Shown here in pieces: positions 13,901-26,965 of a DNA stretch of 64,000 nt. The notes under the pieces are model-generated. The model saw only the letters and a list, made by a program, of their open reading frames with translations, ran no database searches and was not told the DNA's origin. The stretch lies in the NCBI RefSeq assembly GCF_000150275.1, contig NW_002060947.1, forward strand, positions 7,859,880-7,923,879. Reading direction: 5' to 3'. The translations under genes and the position numbers were made by a program. Position 1 is the first letter of the stretch. Each line of letters begins with the position of its first letter. The stretch comes from Trichoplax adhaerens. Taxonomy: Eukaryota; Animalia; Placozoa.

Positions 13901-16900
13901 ACACATCTATAACTTTTCAGCGCACAACTCAACTCAAACATTTCCGTTTATATAGAAACCGACTAATTTGTAAACAACAACAGTATTATTGTTATACCTT
14001 ACCAAAAGAGACATTTCGAACTGAGATGTTCCTTACATAGTTTTACTGCCAGTAAATATTTTTAATCTGTTACTCATACTTAATCCCTAACCTAAGCATA
14101 TATATTGTCTAATTCAATTATCAATAGCTAGAACTTTAATCATCTTACTACTATCTATGCACGGTAACAATCAATGTCAAATGTGTCATAAACTATCACA
14201 AATAATATCCACGTTAAGGCTTTACTTATCTTACATAGCACTGCAAATATGGATATTTTCCGTATTAGCTACTACTGCATTTATTAAACTATTTTAACGG
14301 TAAGGTAACACCATAACAAGCACTTAAATAGAAATCTACTTTTCAAGAAGAATTTGCTTCAGTACCAATTATTGACTAGCAAGATATACTGATATGCATC
14401 ATGATTACTCTTAGACTTTTCGAAAAGCTGTTCTGAATTAGATACAGTTAGCTAGCGCTAAAAATAGTAACATGTCTTGTATCAACTAAAAAATACCTTC
14501 AGCTTGCTATTTTAATAAGAAATTGATATGAAAGCAAATATAATATACCTTGTAAACTAATATAAGAACGTATGAAGTTGTCATGATTTACTTGTATTAA
14601 TATCTTCCACTTTAACAAACATGATCCAGCATAAGTAGATATATCTATTTGTCACAGAGTAACCTTTACATAGCTATCGTGACATATTTTTCATATAACA
14701 GCTTCTCCAAGAATGAGTTAATATTAATTTATCTATGATATTTCATATATTTTTAATAGACAGCTGCATAATTGTATAATATATTGTATAAACTGATGAT
14801 GAAAGTTGATTTAATTCACTATTAATGGGCTTATTTTTCAATAAAGTTTAGGTTTCAATTTGACTAACTAGATCCTAGTGTAGTTATTGTTCTTTTTGAC
14901 AAATTTTAATACAGAAATTAATACACATGAATATGCGTATCTACATGGTACTGGTAATCAGTTGTAAGCTCTTTATAATTTCTTTACGTTATTGTGAGTA
15001 ATGGGCATTAAATTATCAGTATAAGATAAAGATTACCTACGGTAGACTATTTGGAATAGGGTTCAGTCCCGAAATTAATGTAGTTCGTGAGTGTAAAATT
15101 CTTCTAATAATAGAAATAACTAACTTTCAAAATCCCCAATGGAACAAATACTGTCTGCAACTAACTGATAAACCTTGCGTGAGAATTAAATCCATCATAT
15201 AGCAGACATTTTTAAGAAGCAAGAAAGCATCACCCGATAAACATTATTCGTCATAAACTCATCATATTTACTATGATTCAATATTCATAAATTATAGTAG
15301 AAATGGTAACACTGAGTATTAATTAGAAAGTAGCCTTGAACTTTTCAATAGTTCAGCAGCGAATTGGCTAGAAAAACTAATAAAGTTTATTTAGTGTACT
15401 CCACATAGTTTACCTTGACTGAATCCCCTTGGTTACTGTTAACGTTGACAGGGCAATTTTGCCACTGATTCCATGGTGGCCGATTTGCAGTTTGGTAGCC
15501 ACTTTGTAGCAGAAAGACTAATGGAGAAAATAATATAAATATATATGTAAATCTATCAAAAATTATACAGTGTTTGGATAAAGTTTTTAAGTGTTCTAAT
15601 TAAATAAAATATTGTACGAGATAATAGCATTGATCTTTCGTATTCTAATATCCTATCGATTCTTAAACTGTTTGTTAACATTAGCTAAATCTAATAATTT
15701 AATCTTCGAAAATATTGATTATTGTATCTTCCCTTAATGTCGATATTTGGATTGTATCAGTCATACCAGTTAGACCCATACCTGTACCGTTACCCACATT
15801 TTAGAATACCAATTGAAATACCTTACAGCGATATTTGATTTCATTTTAAAGCAACCCCATTTCTTTCTATAATCCTCGTGTTTTATAATATTGAATATGA
15901 CTGTTCATTATTAACATTTTTAACGATATCCTCAAATTTGTGTAGTTTTATAGTTACATCTATTATTATTTTAGACAACGACAATCGCTGTTACTATTAA
16001 TATCTAAGTCGTGTCTGCAAAAGCAATTAAAATTTTTTCCTTCTGGCTATACTCTTATTTTGAAGTATAGACTAGAACTACTTCGTTTAGATATTTATTA
16101 ATGTCCGTAATATGATATTATCTATTTCACCATATTTATTAGGACACTTAGGGTCGATATTTTAATCATTTTCTTCCTCTATCCAATTCTTCAAGTTTAT
16201 ACTATAATCATCTTTCATACATAAGAAAGGTAATTCGATTTCTGTATGCAATAATTCACCCTCTTTATAAAGTCTTTCAAGACTTTTAGTTACCAGAGTT
16301 TTATAGCTATGGTAACATCAATCCATTTCTATTAGTAGCAACTAATTTCATCTTAGAATATCGGCCAGGATTTCTGCTAGTGTTATATTTAAATTATGAA
16401 ATATGAAGTACTTTCCAAACTTATTGAACAACATTTTGATAACCATGATGAATTGATTTCCTATTTGCACATGAATGTAAAAAATACTACAGACTTGAAC
16501 TAACTGCTATAACCGAAATAAACAAATCAAATTTAGCTTGTACAAATAGATTTGGATATATGCTAGTTGTGATCTACAGTTTATGCATAAAAGAATCTTT
16601 CATTAAAACATATATGCCTGATTTAAATCAAGGAAGAAGTAACAGGTATCCATGAGCTGAAAATATCAATTAAATGACGGAAAAAGCCTCTTCATAGCCT
16701 TAATTCATATAGAATCCCTCGCAGTGCATAATATTGCTATTTTAAGATGGGAATTAGGTAGGGACTAGTGTAGATGTATAGCATTATAGTTTAAGTATCA
16801 TATTATACGGATACTTTGCTTCCACTAGCTACTTGTATATAAGCATCTACTATCAACGATTATAAAGAGTATATTCTAGCTGTAATAATCGCCAAGTTTG

Positions 16901-17523
16901 CTACTAGTTTGTATACATTTGTCTGAAGATTTTAATTAGCTAAAAATAGTATCGAAATTTCAAAAGTCTTGCTTTAATTTCAACTCAACGCTAAATTAAC
17001 TGTTCCCATGCCTTCTATATACGACATATCACTGATAAACGGCGTTTTAATATTTCCTTTCTATCATTTTCATAACTTTAAAATAAAATGAATGGACTAT
17101 GTCTATTTGTAGACAAGTTATGGAATATGTTGCGCGTTGTTGATGGTAATTCTGTAAACTCTACATTGATGTAATTGCTTGAATGGAGCGTCAATGATGA
17201 TCTATTTTACGCAAAGTTTTCAACTAACTTTAACAATATTGAGCAAACAGCAAAGATTTTATTCTTAGATGTCTTATCGTTATCATTAAGGTAAAAAAAA
17301 TTAATCCTTATTTAAAAATAAGCGCTGAAAACAGTAGTACATGATATTTCCTTAGCAAACATAGTCTTGAGTTTCGTTTCTTTAAGGTTTAATAAAGGGA
17401 AAAGTTTTTACGTATACTATACGTAGTCATAAAAGGACACAATAATAAATCGTAAATGAACGAACCTTGATCTCCTAGACAGCAAATGGAACAGAAAGAG
17501 AGTAATAGTATTAAAATCCACAT
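4903..17523 (-). CDS. Kinase-less Eph-like single-pass receptor A (SP-LBD-Sushi-EGF-FN3-FN3-TM-Cys cluster-long basic/Ser/Tyr-rich tail)
   Basis: Phase-compatible GT-AG exons: 17523-17466 (MWILILLLSFCSICCLGDQ), 15517-15414, 13427-13197 (YYICNQVRNQRTWLISPYFGLNSAKEIYIKIRYT, LBD), 12897-12444 (EDRGTCSEIEAVSVWYYACP...FPRT...CQPNGKW...CPCNAG, LBD end and Sushi), 11618-11475 (EGF-like), 11324-11010 (FN3), 10870-10626 and 10533-10473 (FN3), 9701-9596 (TM), 9410-9367, 8350-8252, 8108-8052, 7712-7680, 7555-7301, 7103-7001, then micro-exons near 6.8, 6.55 and 6.3 kb, 6183-6151, about 5.95 kb, 5803-5717, 5592-5506, 5085-5047 and a stop near 4903. The ectodomain is well supported. One junction near 6.83-7.0 kb and the exact 3' end are unresolved. 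Confidence 0.8.
8490..8975. repeat. Degenerate direct tandem duplication (about 210 bp unit) in an intron of receptor A
   Basis: aagactatgatatcatctatcaaatgaatgtag...ctatcttattcta...agaaaaatatggc (from about 8578) recurs as aagattattatatcatctataaatgaatgtag...ctatcttattcta...agaaaaatgcggc (from about 8789); a partial copy lies near 8490. Confidence 0.7.
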
Positions 17524-18548
17524 TCCAAAATAATCAATCTTTCGCCAATCGGTAATCCGTTAATTTAAGAGTTAACATGGCCGCAATACTCACATTACAA
17601 TCGATAAACTACTGACAGCGATCGAAAATAACTCCAAAGATTTTGATCGTCTTTGTTCATTCAAAGCTATTAAAAGAGCATATGCTCGGAGTACTAATCC
17701 AATTGCTATAATTATAATTAGTTCCTTATTTATAGAAATATCTTTATACTATAGGCGCTATGTCATGCTATCAAATAAAATATTCGTGATATATTTCTTT
17801 CCTTACCGTCACATAAAGATAAATTTACAACAGTAATTATCAATGGCTTATAAACTGTGTACTTTAATCCCTTCCAACCAATTCTATCGAATTGATTTAC
17901 AATCGTACGTTATTTCAGGTAATTTTCCACTTGCGAATATTTCTCTAATCTAATACGATAACTTAATTTTACCCAATAGTAAAGAATTACGCAGTTAAAC
18001 AAATTAAATGTCTGTAATGCTCTCATACTGTACAACGATCCAGCTGATGCTATAAATCCCCATTCTCAGAGATAAATATTACTATAATTTCTTTGTATTT
18101 CTATCTAAAATCTAACTATAATCTGCAACACTTTTTTCGTTTACCAAGCTACGATAAAAGTGGATTCTATTTCTGAATAGCTCAGTGATAATACAAAATC
18201 GAACTATACGATGATGACATGAATGATGCAAGCAAATAAGATATTTAATTTAATTACATGTTTTTCATAGCTGATTTATCATTGAAATATTGTAACATAT
18301 TGCTGGAAATACAAACGATACCTAGAATCATATTATGATCAAATTAGCCAAATTGAAAGTAACATAGTGATAAATAAAGCTATTCCTATACTTTTACGCT
18401 ACCATCGCAAAATAGATATACTCCTAGGGCCAATAATTAAAGGCATTTGCTCTGTCTAAATTCAACCAGACATTGCATGGAGACAAAATTTAATATTCTT
18501 AATTGCTATTGAAATTATTGTTGGAAAGATTGAAAAATAGGCTTGGAA
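17524..18548. promoter_or_regulatory. Putative bidirectional promoter between divergent Eph-like genes A and B
   Basis: The ATG of A (17523, minus) and the ATG of B (18549, plus) point away from each other about 1.0 kb apart. Function is inferred from geometry only. Confidence 0.5.
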
Positions 18549-21500
18549 ATGGTATTAATTTTGGGCTATATTCTTCAGTACTTTTTCTTATGCATTACTC
18601 TAACACGTAGTGAACAAGGTAAATGTTAGAATTTCTGTTTATTCTATAATATAGCTATTATTGATTGTCATTTAAAATGGAGCGACTGCTAGAGAATTTC
18701 ATTATATTAATACTGTAATCATAGGCAAACGATGTAATCTTATTTTACCGATGGTCGATATAGCTAGTAAATTTAAAGAATATCCAGCTATGGTATTTTA
18801 ACATGTACTTTCTATAAATTGCCGACTTAAAATTACAGAATGGCCAATCTCTGTAATAGAACCAGTACACAATAATTTCTGAATATACTAAAATCTTCTA
18901 TAATAAAAGTTATCATATCTTATTTTTACCAGATGTAAGATCAGTTAACTAAGTTACTAGCCGGCAAAAGTATCAGAATTACAAATGATTGCTTTCTCTT
19001 TCAATACTATCTATGAACTGTAATAATAAATTATCATTTAGTATATGAACCCATAATTAAAATAAAATTGGTAGTTGGCAATCCTATTTCTTGCGTACCA
19101 TTTGGCAGACAATTTATCCTTTTGTGCTATTTGCTGGTCATAATTTATTTTAGTAATAGTCACCAAATTTAATATTACAAAGCGATTGCCTGTTAAGTTT
19201 GGCGATGCTCTTTACAAAAACAACATAAGAGATATCAAGTTCATATTTTTTTTGAAAGGAAACAAGTGAAAGATAATCAAGTCTTTTGCTTACACCCAAA
19301 CTAATACTTACGAATGACTTTAATGGATAAAACAAGAAAGTAAACTTTTCTACAGATATTCTGAGCACACTAAAACTTTAGTTGGTTGATTTTCATTAAT
19401 GAATAGTCTAGTAAGGAATTACTCTTCTATTTTGATGCTCCTAACAAATCAAGCTGTGACAAAATTTGCCAATACTTATTTGTAATAACCACAGTGGAAG
19501 GCATTGATATCGTAGACCTACTCTATTAAACTAATCACTTAGTTTGATAGGCTAATAAATTAAGAGGTGACGAGAAATGACAGGCAATCACCATTTTCTT
19601 TCATAGCTTTTTACAATTAACTTGATAATCGAAATAGTAGGATATTACGAACTGATAATTGTATAAAATAATTTAACTTTTAGCCATTTTTAGTCTCTCA
19701 TTTAGTTTGGTTAGCTAATATATTAGCAGGTGGAGAGAAAGAACTGTACAAAATCACCTATTGCTTTCGAAACTCATTTACGATAAACTTGATGATTACT
19801 TATTTTAGGATATTGTAAATTGATAAATTAACTTTTAGCAATTTATAGTCTATTTATTAGACACAGCAGTAAGCGAATATCAATGGTCTCGATGGCAAAG
19901 CTGTTCAGAGGAAGTATTAACAAATCAAACGGTACTTTAGCATCTAGACGATAGCAATAGTAGTCAATTGTGCTGTTTAAGTTGATAAGTTTATATTGCA
20001 AAACATGTATTTAACTCTTTCTTTCTAACTTGTAGAACAACAATGACCAATTATTATGGCAGTTAGACAATCCGATCTATATGTGCGATTATTCTTCTGA
20101 CCAAATTTCTTGGTTGATATCACCAACCTTCGCTGTATTACCCAATAAGAAAATTACAGTTCATATCCAATATATTAAAGCTCCTAATATCACCGTCGGT
20201 GATGATAGCATTCCAGAATTGCAAGCCATTGTTGTCCCTTCAGCTAAAGTTTCTGAAAGCCAATTCTGTCAGGTAGCTGTTTTAATAGTTTATTGGCATG
20301 CTATTTCATGGATTAATCTCGATTTTAGTAAACTAAGCTTAATTTTTGGGAGTTTTCCGTTTCTAAAGCATAGTTTAGAAATCTTAAAGTCTTCCTAATG
20401 CATTCAATATTTTTTATGCTTGGCTTCAATGCCTTCAATTTGTTAACTCACAAATTTTATGTAGGACTATAAACCGATAGCGATATTGCTACCAGCCTGT
20501 GCTAATCATTTATAACTGTCATTAAATATCTTGTAGCAAACCAGCCAAGTTAGTGATAAATATATTCAACTGAAAAGGGAATCAAATATTGCTACTGAGT
20601 TAGCTCTAGAAAAGGAAAAGAATTTAAAAAATCACGCGCATCATTTACAAAATGTCGAAGAGATGGATATGGACATTAAATCGACGCCAAAGCTTGTTTA
20701 TGCTCGTTTAATAATTCAAAATAATCGTTCATGCAGTCAAGTTAATTCCGTTAGAATAATCAATACCGTCTGTGAAAAAATTATTGCCGAAGGAGCAATA
20801 TTTCCTGAAAGCAACCCTCCTTCTGTTCAAAATGGTCCAAAATTAGTCATAGGCCATTGCACAGGATCGGTAGTGGCTAATGTATCGAAACCAGTAGCAT
20901 GGTGTCAACCCGATGGAAATTGGAGTCATTTTATTAATGCTTGTCGCTGCCCTCGTGGTAAGGAGCGCAGGCAGCAATATTGTGTCAGTAAGTTATCATA
21001 TTATCAACGTAGAAATATCGTTTGAACCTAAATCTCAATGTCATAATAATCTTGAAATATGTTACTATCTTTGGATAGAATGCCAGATAAACTACTACAA
21101 GCCCAATTCTTCTGCTTTACCTTGTTTACCATGTCCAGCTAATACTTCGACTACAGTAAGAGGATCCGTCAAATGTATTTGCAATTCCAAGCAAATTAAA
21201 CTAAACTCTCAGCTGCCTTGCCAACGTAAGACTTATTATACCAGCTTTATAGATCTATACCATATTAAATTAGCAAAGCCAAGATGATGTCAAAATTACA
21301 GTCGATTTGCTTAGCCAATAATCTAGTTTTATGAACGTTTAAACGTAAAAATTTTTGTGATGTTTCGGAAGATTGTGGATTCGTCATGATCACAGTAAAT
21401 TACCAGAGTTAATTCAGTAGAGGAATAGAGTTTATTGGAATTAGTGCAAAGGAAAGACCGTGTGAGATTACAGCGTGTATAATGACGTGACTAGTCGAAT

Positions 21501-24013
21501 AGCTATAGTAATGTTGCATAGGTAAAGCGTACAAGCTTACCGTGTAACTAGCAGAACTAACTAACGAGATAGGTGAAAGAAGATAGCTTTTATAATGTAT
21601 GAAGCACAGCAGGAGGAAATCATAAATGACTAATAAGAATATGTTACTTCTATGTTAAGACAGGGCTATGATATAATTCAGCTAGATTCAAAGCAATTTC
21701 CACAGAGTATTTTGTTAAATATAAATTATACATATTTAGAGTTATGCTGCAATCTAGTGGAAATTGACTTTTACTAAAAATAGACTATACCGTATTTAGA
21801 AGTAAACACTACAATTTTAATCACTAAAATTAGCCATTTTTTTGGTTAGTACACTGCATCTCTTCCTTCTACGGTAATAATACATCTTTCACTTCCTATA
21901 AAATAGTAGGACTACCAGTCAGCTTATTTTGAGGAGGATTATGCTTATAAGAAAATGCTGTCCTTTCTCATATACACAGTACAATAACTATATAAATTAT
22001 TTGTAGCTTAAACTAAAATACAATACCATAAATTCGATCCTATTCTAGTCTCAGACATAATTTTAAATCATACTATTATTTTCGTGATGGCAAATTACAA
22101 AATCTAGCTATTCCTAAATGCAAAGTCAGATTTTCCTCAGCCAATACCAGCAGCTTAATCCAAGTTTTGAGCTTTGGATCCAGGAAAACAAGAGCTATGA
22201 CATTTCGATTGCAGTGTCGGAATTGCTCAGTATCTGGAATCCAATACAATCGTAATTTAAAACTAAAGACTAGGATAAAAATAAATTCCCTCCTTCCAAA
22301 TGCAATGTACGTGATTAAAATTTCGCCTATCGTTATTGCGAATGGTAAAAAGTACCTAAAAATGCCTTGTGCCACCTTGAAGATAAAAACAAAAGATGGA
22401 GGTAAGCTTAATAAAAGAATCAGCCATTCTTTTTGCTATTTATAAATAATTAACTCATAATTTCTCTTATTTCCATGTTACAAAATATGAATTCAAGCCT
22501 AGAGATTAAAAATTTATGCATATCTTTATGATTAATTAGTTCCTGGAGCACCACGCCAAGTTCATGTACTACAGGATAAATTCTATCCATTAATCTACAT
22601 TACCTGGAAACCTCCGAGAGTATCTAATGGGCTAATCATAAAATATCGAATACTTTGCCGTCGTCTACTAGAAAATCATGCTACGTTATCTACGCTAGCC
22701 AAAGAAGAAATATTTGTGCAAGAAGTTGACGGAGTTGTTCAATTTGCTAATATCTCACATCTGAGACCAAGATCTCACTACTCGATCACGGTAAATTTAG
22801 CTATAGCATTAATATCACATTTTAATTATAGTAATCAGCAGCATTTTAATTTGATCGTAGATTAGTGCCACCACGAAATTAGGACAATATGGACCACAAA
22901 GCTATCCAGCGTTTATCCGTAAGAAATAAATCTGCAGAAACTTTACAGTATACTGCAAATGAGTTGGCCAGTATAACTGCTTTTAAAATTTGCGATGTTG
23001 CATAAGTTCTTTACAAAATGCCCATAAACGCTGTTGAAAATATCTTTGCTTCCAGAAATGATTAAATTTTTAAATAATATTTACGATTTCAATTTTCTTA
23101 TTTGACTTATTAGAAACTTTTTTGCTTCATGATATTAGCTTTAATTATGCCTTTGATGTATTAAGCATTAATATTAATTCAATTTATAGACATAGGACCA
23201 GTAATTTCTGATGATACCAAAACAGATGCTATTCGTCTATCCCTGGCTCCCTTGATTATCGGAGGATTTACTGCCGGAGCTATGCTTATTGCTGTCCTTA
23301 TTGTGATATTAAAGTTTGGCGGCATACCAAAGTAAGACTTGTCGACTGTGATTCAATTTGAAATACAACTTTAAATTTAGCCTTTGCCATTTGAATTTTT
23401 GAATACTTATGACTGAATTATGGAGCTACCTATTACGTTCATTACTCGGTAGAATATAACCTGAAAACATCAGGTTGTGTTGATAAGTGGGATAAACTAG
23501 CCATAATTTTTGTAATATTCTACAAGTAGGTTTTCTCTGAATGATGGATTAAGCGCTATTTGTCGAAATTACTGTAAGTTTCTTGATTGCGTATACGCTT
23601 AAAACGCCGTAGTGATTCTATTACGTAAAATTTTTATGGTCTAGAAATTTTACCAATCTAGGCCTCGTTTCTGAAATAATTCAAGGATAGTTTTGTCATA
23701 ATTAAGAACTGTGACTAGTGACATTAAAAAATACTCCTTCGCTTTGTAGGGATTAATAATTATTGTTGCTGCTGTAGAAGGCGATCAGCTTTTTCCGATA
23801 CTAGCGATAAAAATGAATTAGGTATTAGCAAGATATAACAATACGATCACTTCCTTGCGATTATGAAGTGATTATCTAAGCCTTCTTCAGAATATGTTAA
23901 AATAGTGAAGCTAGCATAAATATATCCAGGCCTATTAGAAACAGCTAACTTCTATTTCTTTATTTTATTAACAATTATTAGATGAAACTGATCTGGAAGA
24001 CACTATCATTTAG
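18549..24013 (+). CDS. Kinase-less Eph-like single-pass receptor B (SP-LBD-Sushi-EGF-FN3-FN3-TM-CCCC-short tail ending DTII)
   Basis: 12 phase-compatible exons: 18549-18618 (MVLILGYILQYFFLCITLTRSEQ), 19849-19913 (VYLLDTAVSEYQWSRWQSC), 20036-20272, 20537-20987 (CQPDGNW...CRCPRG), 21079-21225 (EGF-like), 22108-22401 (FN3), 22540-22790, 22861-22918 (FN3), 23190-23331 (TM LIIGGFTAGAMLIAVLIVILKFG), 23530-23573, 23750-23821 (WINNYCCCCRRR), 23982-24013 (DETDLEDTII-stop). The exon structure parallels gene A, including the 44-nt post-TM exon in both. Confidence 0.85.
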
Positions 24014-25179
24014 AACTTTTAGGCAAAATCAAAAGCTAATAAATCTACTAGTAAGATCAAATACTGCCATCATTATTTATTTACTTTTGATATAAATGAA
24101 AATCCTATAAGCCTGAAATGAAATGTCGTAGATCTGTCACAAATTTAGTTGAACTTTACGCAATGTAGAATGTAATTACGATATATTATCATATATTTAA
24201 TATTATTAAAGATATAGAGGCTCAAAGTATCGACAGCTAATAGCTGTCACGGTAGATAAAATATCGTACAATTAAGATTTTTACCTAACCTTATATATCC
24301 GTCTAAAGCATAAAATTTTAATTATACAGAACTAATGTGAATGCGTGCCACAAGTATTTCATAAAAAATATGTCTAACTTGCAATCGATTTTTGAATTAA
24401 AATCCTCCAATATGTTAGTAACTGATTATCAATTAAACTGAGTCCAACACTGTATGCAAGATGAATTAAGATATCATTTTTAACATCTTCTAGATTGATT
24501 AACAGAAAGAGAGCAAATAGAGGCATAATTATTAAATTCCTCTTCCGTTTCGGACTGAATTATAATACAAAACTGATTGATATGCTAATAATTAGCCAAA
24601 CAGTCAGTTTCTAATGCAAAAGATCAAAATTGACTTCTTTTCAGCTGATTTATCCAAATATAATAGCAAAATAGCTTGTTATATGCTTCTAAATAACGAA
24701 AGAGAAGCAGCAATGACCGTGAAAAACTTCTACAGTATCGTACCGAAGCCGCTACTTCAGTTGCTAGCTCTACCCGATATAGCTACATAATAACTTTCTA
24801 GAATCGATATATCTTTAAACCTATGATACTGGAATTATATAAGAAAGAAGGTCAAATAGTTATTTGAATAAGTTTTGCGAATAAATTTACGGCTAATTTA
24901 TACATTTCTGTATGATTAATATGCCTGAATGTGTCTTAAGTGATTATTTAGAATTCACAGGCAGAATTTGAGATATAATCGTTACTCCGACCATATTTCC
25001 AGCAAATTTAAGGTTAATTCTACGCAGGCAAAATAGATTAAAGTCTAGTCAAATGTAATGAAATGAAAACTGTAGAGATCAAGCTGCAAAACTTTAACAA
25101 ACTTTGATTCTACTTTCGTTGCACTCCGGTCGACTTAACGCTAATACTTTGACACCAAATAAAATTTGGGGAAATAACC

Positions 25180-25975
25180 GAACAACAATTTATTACGAAA
25201 CAAAAATGGAGAGAAGTATAAACCGAACAACCTTACAAATACTTAGCTTTAAGTATTAATAAATAAATGACAGACTTAAAAATTGTCAACGACCAAACAA
25301 CCTTTCAAAAAGAAGAACGTTTTAACTTACGACAATTCGACCCCGAAGGCCTTTTAAATTCAACAAGTTCTTCAAATAAAATCTTCTTCTACTCTTCTCT
25401 AAATTTTCTAATTATACTATCATTTATAGGCTTTGTCGAGCCGTCAGAGGTATTTAAAACTAAATATTTGCTAACCAATCGCTCTTAAGATCCGTTTTAG
25501 AAAACTACTTTGCATCATTTAAGAAAACAAAAATCATTCAAAGTTCAGACACAATTTACCCTACGATTCCTTTACAAAACACTATAAAACCAATAAGCTA
25601 ACTTAAAATACATCAAACTTCACTTCTAACATAATTTCTATCATTAATACACTATAAAAGTCTAAAAACTAACCTTTAAACATCAAGATTTAGTCGTAAA
25701 AATAACATTCTAACTACTTAACAATCAACACAACCTCTACCAATTTCCATCTTATTTTCTATTTTCCTAACTAAACTTTCCTAATGTGACTTTCAAGTCA
25801 CGTCATAAAATTCCAAAATTTCATATTCATAACCAAAAATTCAAATTTCAAAAATCAACTCGTACGGTATTTTTCATGAACAAAAATCCAAAAATTAAAA
25901 CAGGAAAATTATATCGGACATAAATCCGACCGGCTCCGGAATCCGAATCCAAAAAATCCGGATTTTATAAAGATT
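25180..25975. mobile_element. Possible degenerate repeat or transposon remnant with extreme strand asymmetry (G-poor plus strand)
   Basis: Hand count for 25501-25860: about 14 G versus about 79 C. The segment ends in an ATCCG/CGGA-rich patch (25915-25965) unlike the flanks. Element identity is not established. Confidence 0.35.
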
Positions 25976-26451
25976 ACAGTACTCGCTATTTCGCTAATCA
26001 AAAAATTTTATATGACTATCACGACTACTTTTCTGACTTTAGTATCGCTGAGTATTGGCAGTTGATGTTTTAGCGTCAGATTGTACGTTAACTGTACGAT
26101 TATAGACTACATTACAGTACTTTATCGCCATGTTATAAATCCCCTTTCTCTAAGGATAGGGTTTTGTTACTAAGTCAAATTCATTTACAATTTGAATAAA
26201 CGATCAAACGCCCTTTCTTTAGATTAGGCAATTGCTCTAGGGCTATTTCTATAGTAATCTATATAATACCTTGTAAAATAATGAAGAAGAAAATATGGCG
26301 ACATGATGATTTGGCAGGGTAAAACTTAAAGACACTATCACTTTCTAGGTATTTTCTATAGTAAAATAATACTAGTTACATACTAAAAGCTATAAAGGAC
26401 TCTACTTTTAGTCCTTTACTACACAAATCTTGACTGCATAGTAACGTTCAA

Positions 26452-26965
26452 GGGCTTGTAAAATTATGATTAATCAATTTAGCTAATTTAGAAGCTAAAC
26501 TAAGTATATTATACGATCAATTAAAACGCTATGGTGTCGAAAGAGAGGCATAAAATATACTCTGACCAATACTACAGAAAAATTGCAATTGTTGTTATGT
26601 CACTTTCTACTGTAATCTAGGAGCTAAATACATATCAAAGATCTAGAATTATACGCTTCGAATTATTATTTAAAATTTAGAGACAGAATTAGAGATACTA
26701 TAGTCACTTTAATCATATCTCTAGTAAATTTAAAGTTAGTTCTACACATCCAAAATGGATTAAAAAGAAGCCAAATCTGAGCTGTAGTGCAATATTTAAG
26801 GGCTTACGAAATTGTGATTACACAATCAATCAATTTAGCTAATTTAGAAGCTAAATTAAGTATGCGACATGATAAGTTAGAACATTATTCTATTCTTTAA
26901 AATACTCGTATAAGGGCGGATTATGGTGTGGAAAGAGAGGTGTGAAATATATTCAGACCAATATT
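26452..26965. repeat. Local direct duplication (about 120-160 bp, two copies)
   Basis: aatcaatttagctaatttagaagctaaa and tatggtgt(c/g)gaaagagagg...gaccaata occur at about 26472-26570 and again at about 26828-26962. Confidence 0.7.

Noticed and set aside
19399-19729. Alternative signal-peptide exons for receptor B (MNSL | PFLVSHLVWLANILA)
   Set aside because: The 18549-18618 exon gives a better signal peptide and the EQ|V junction homologous to A and C. The alternative cannot be fully excluded.
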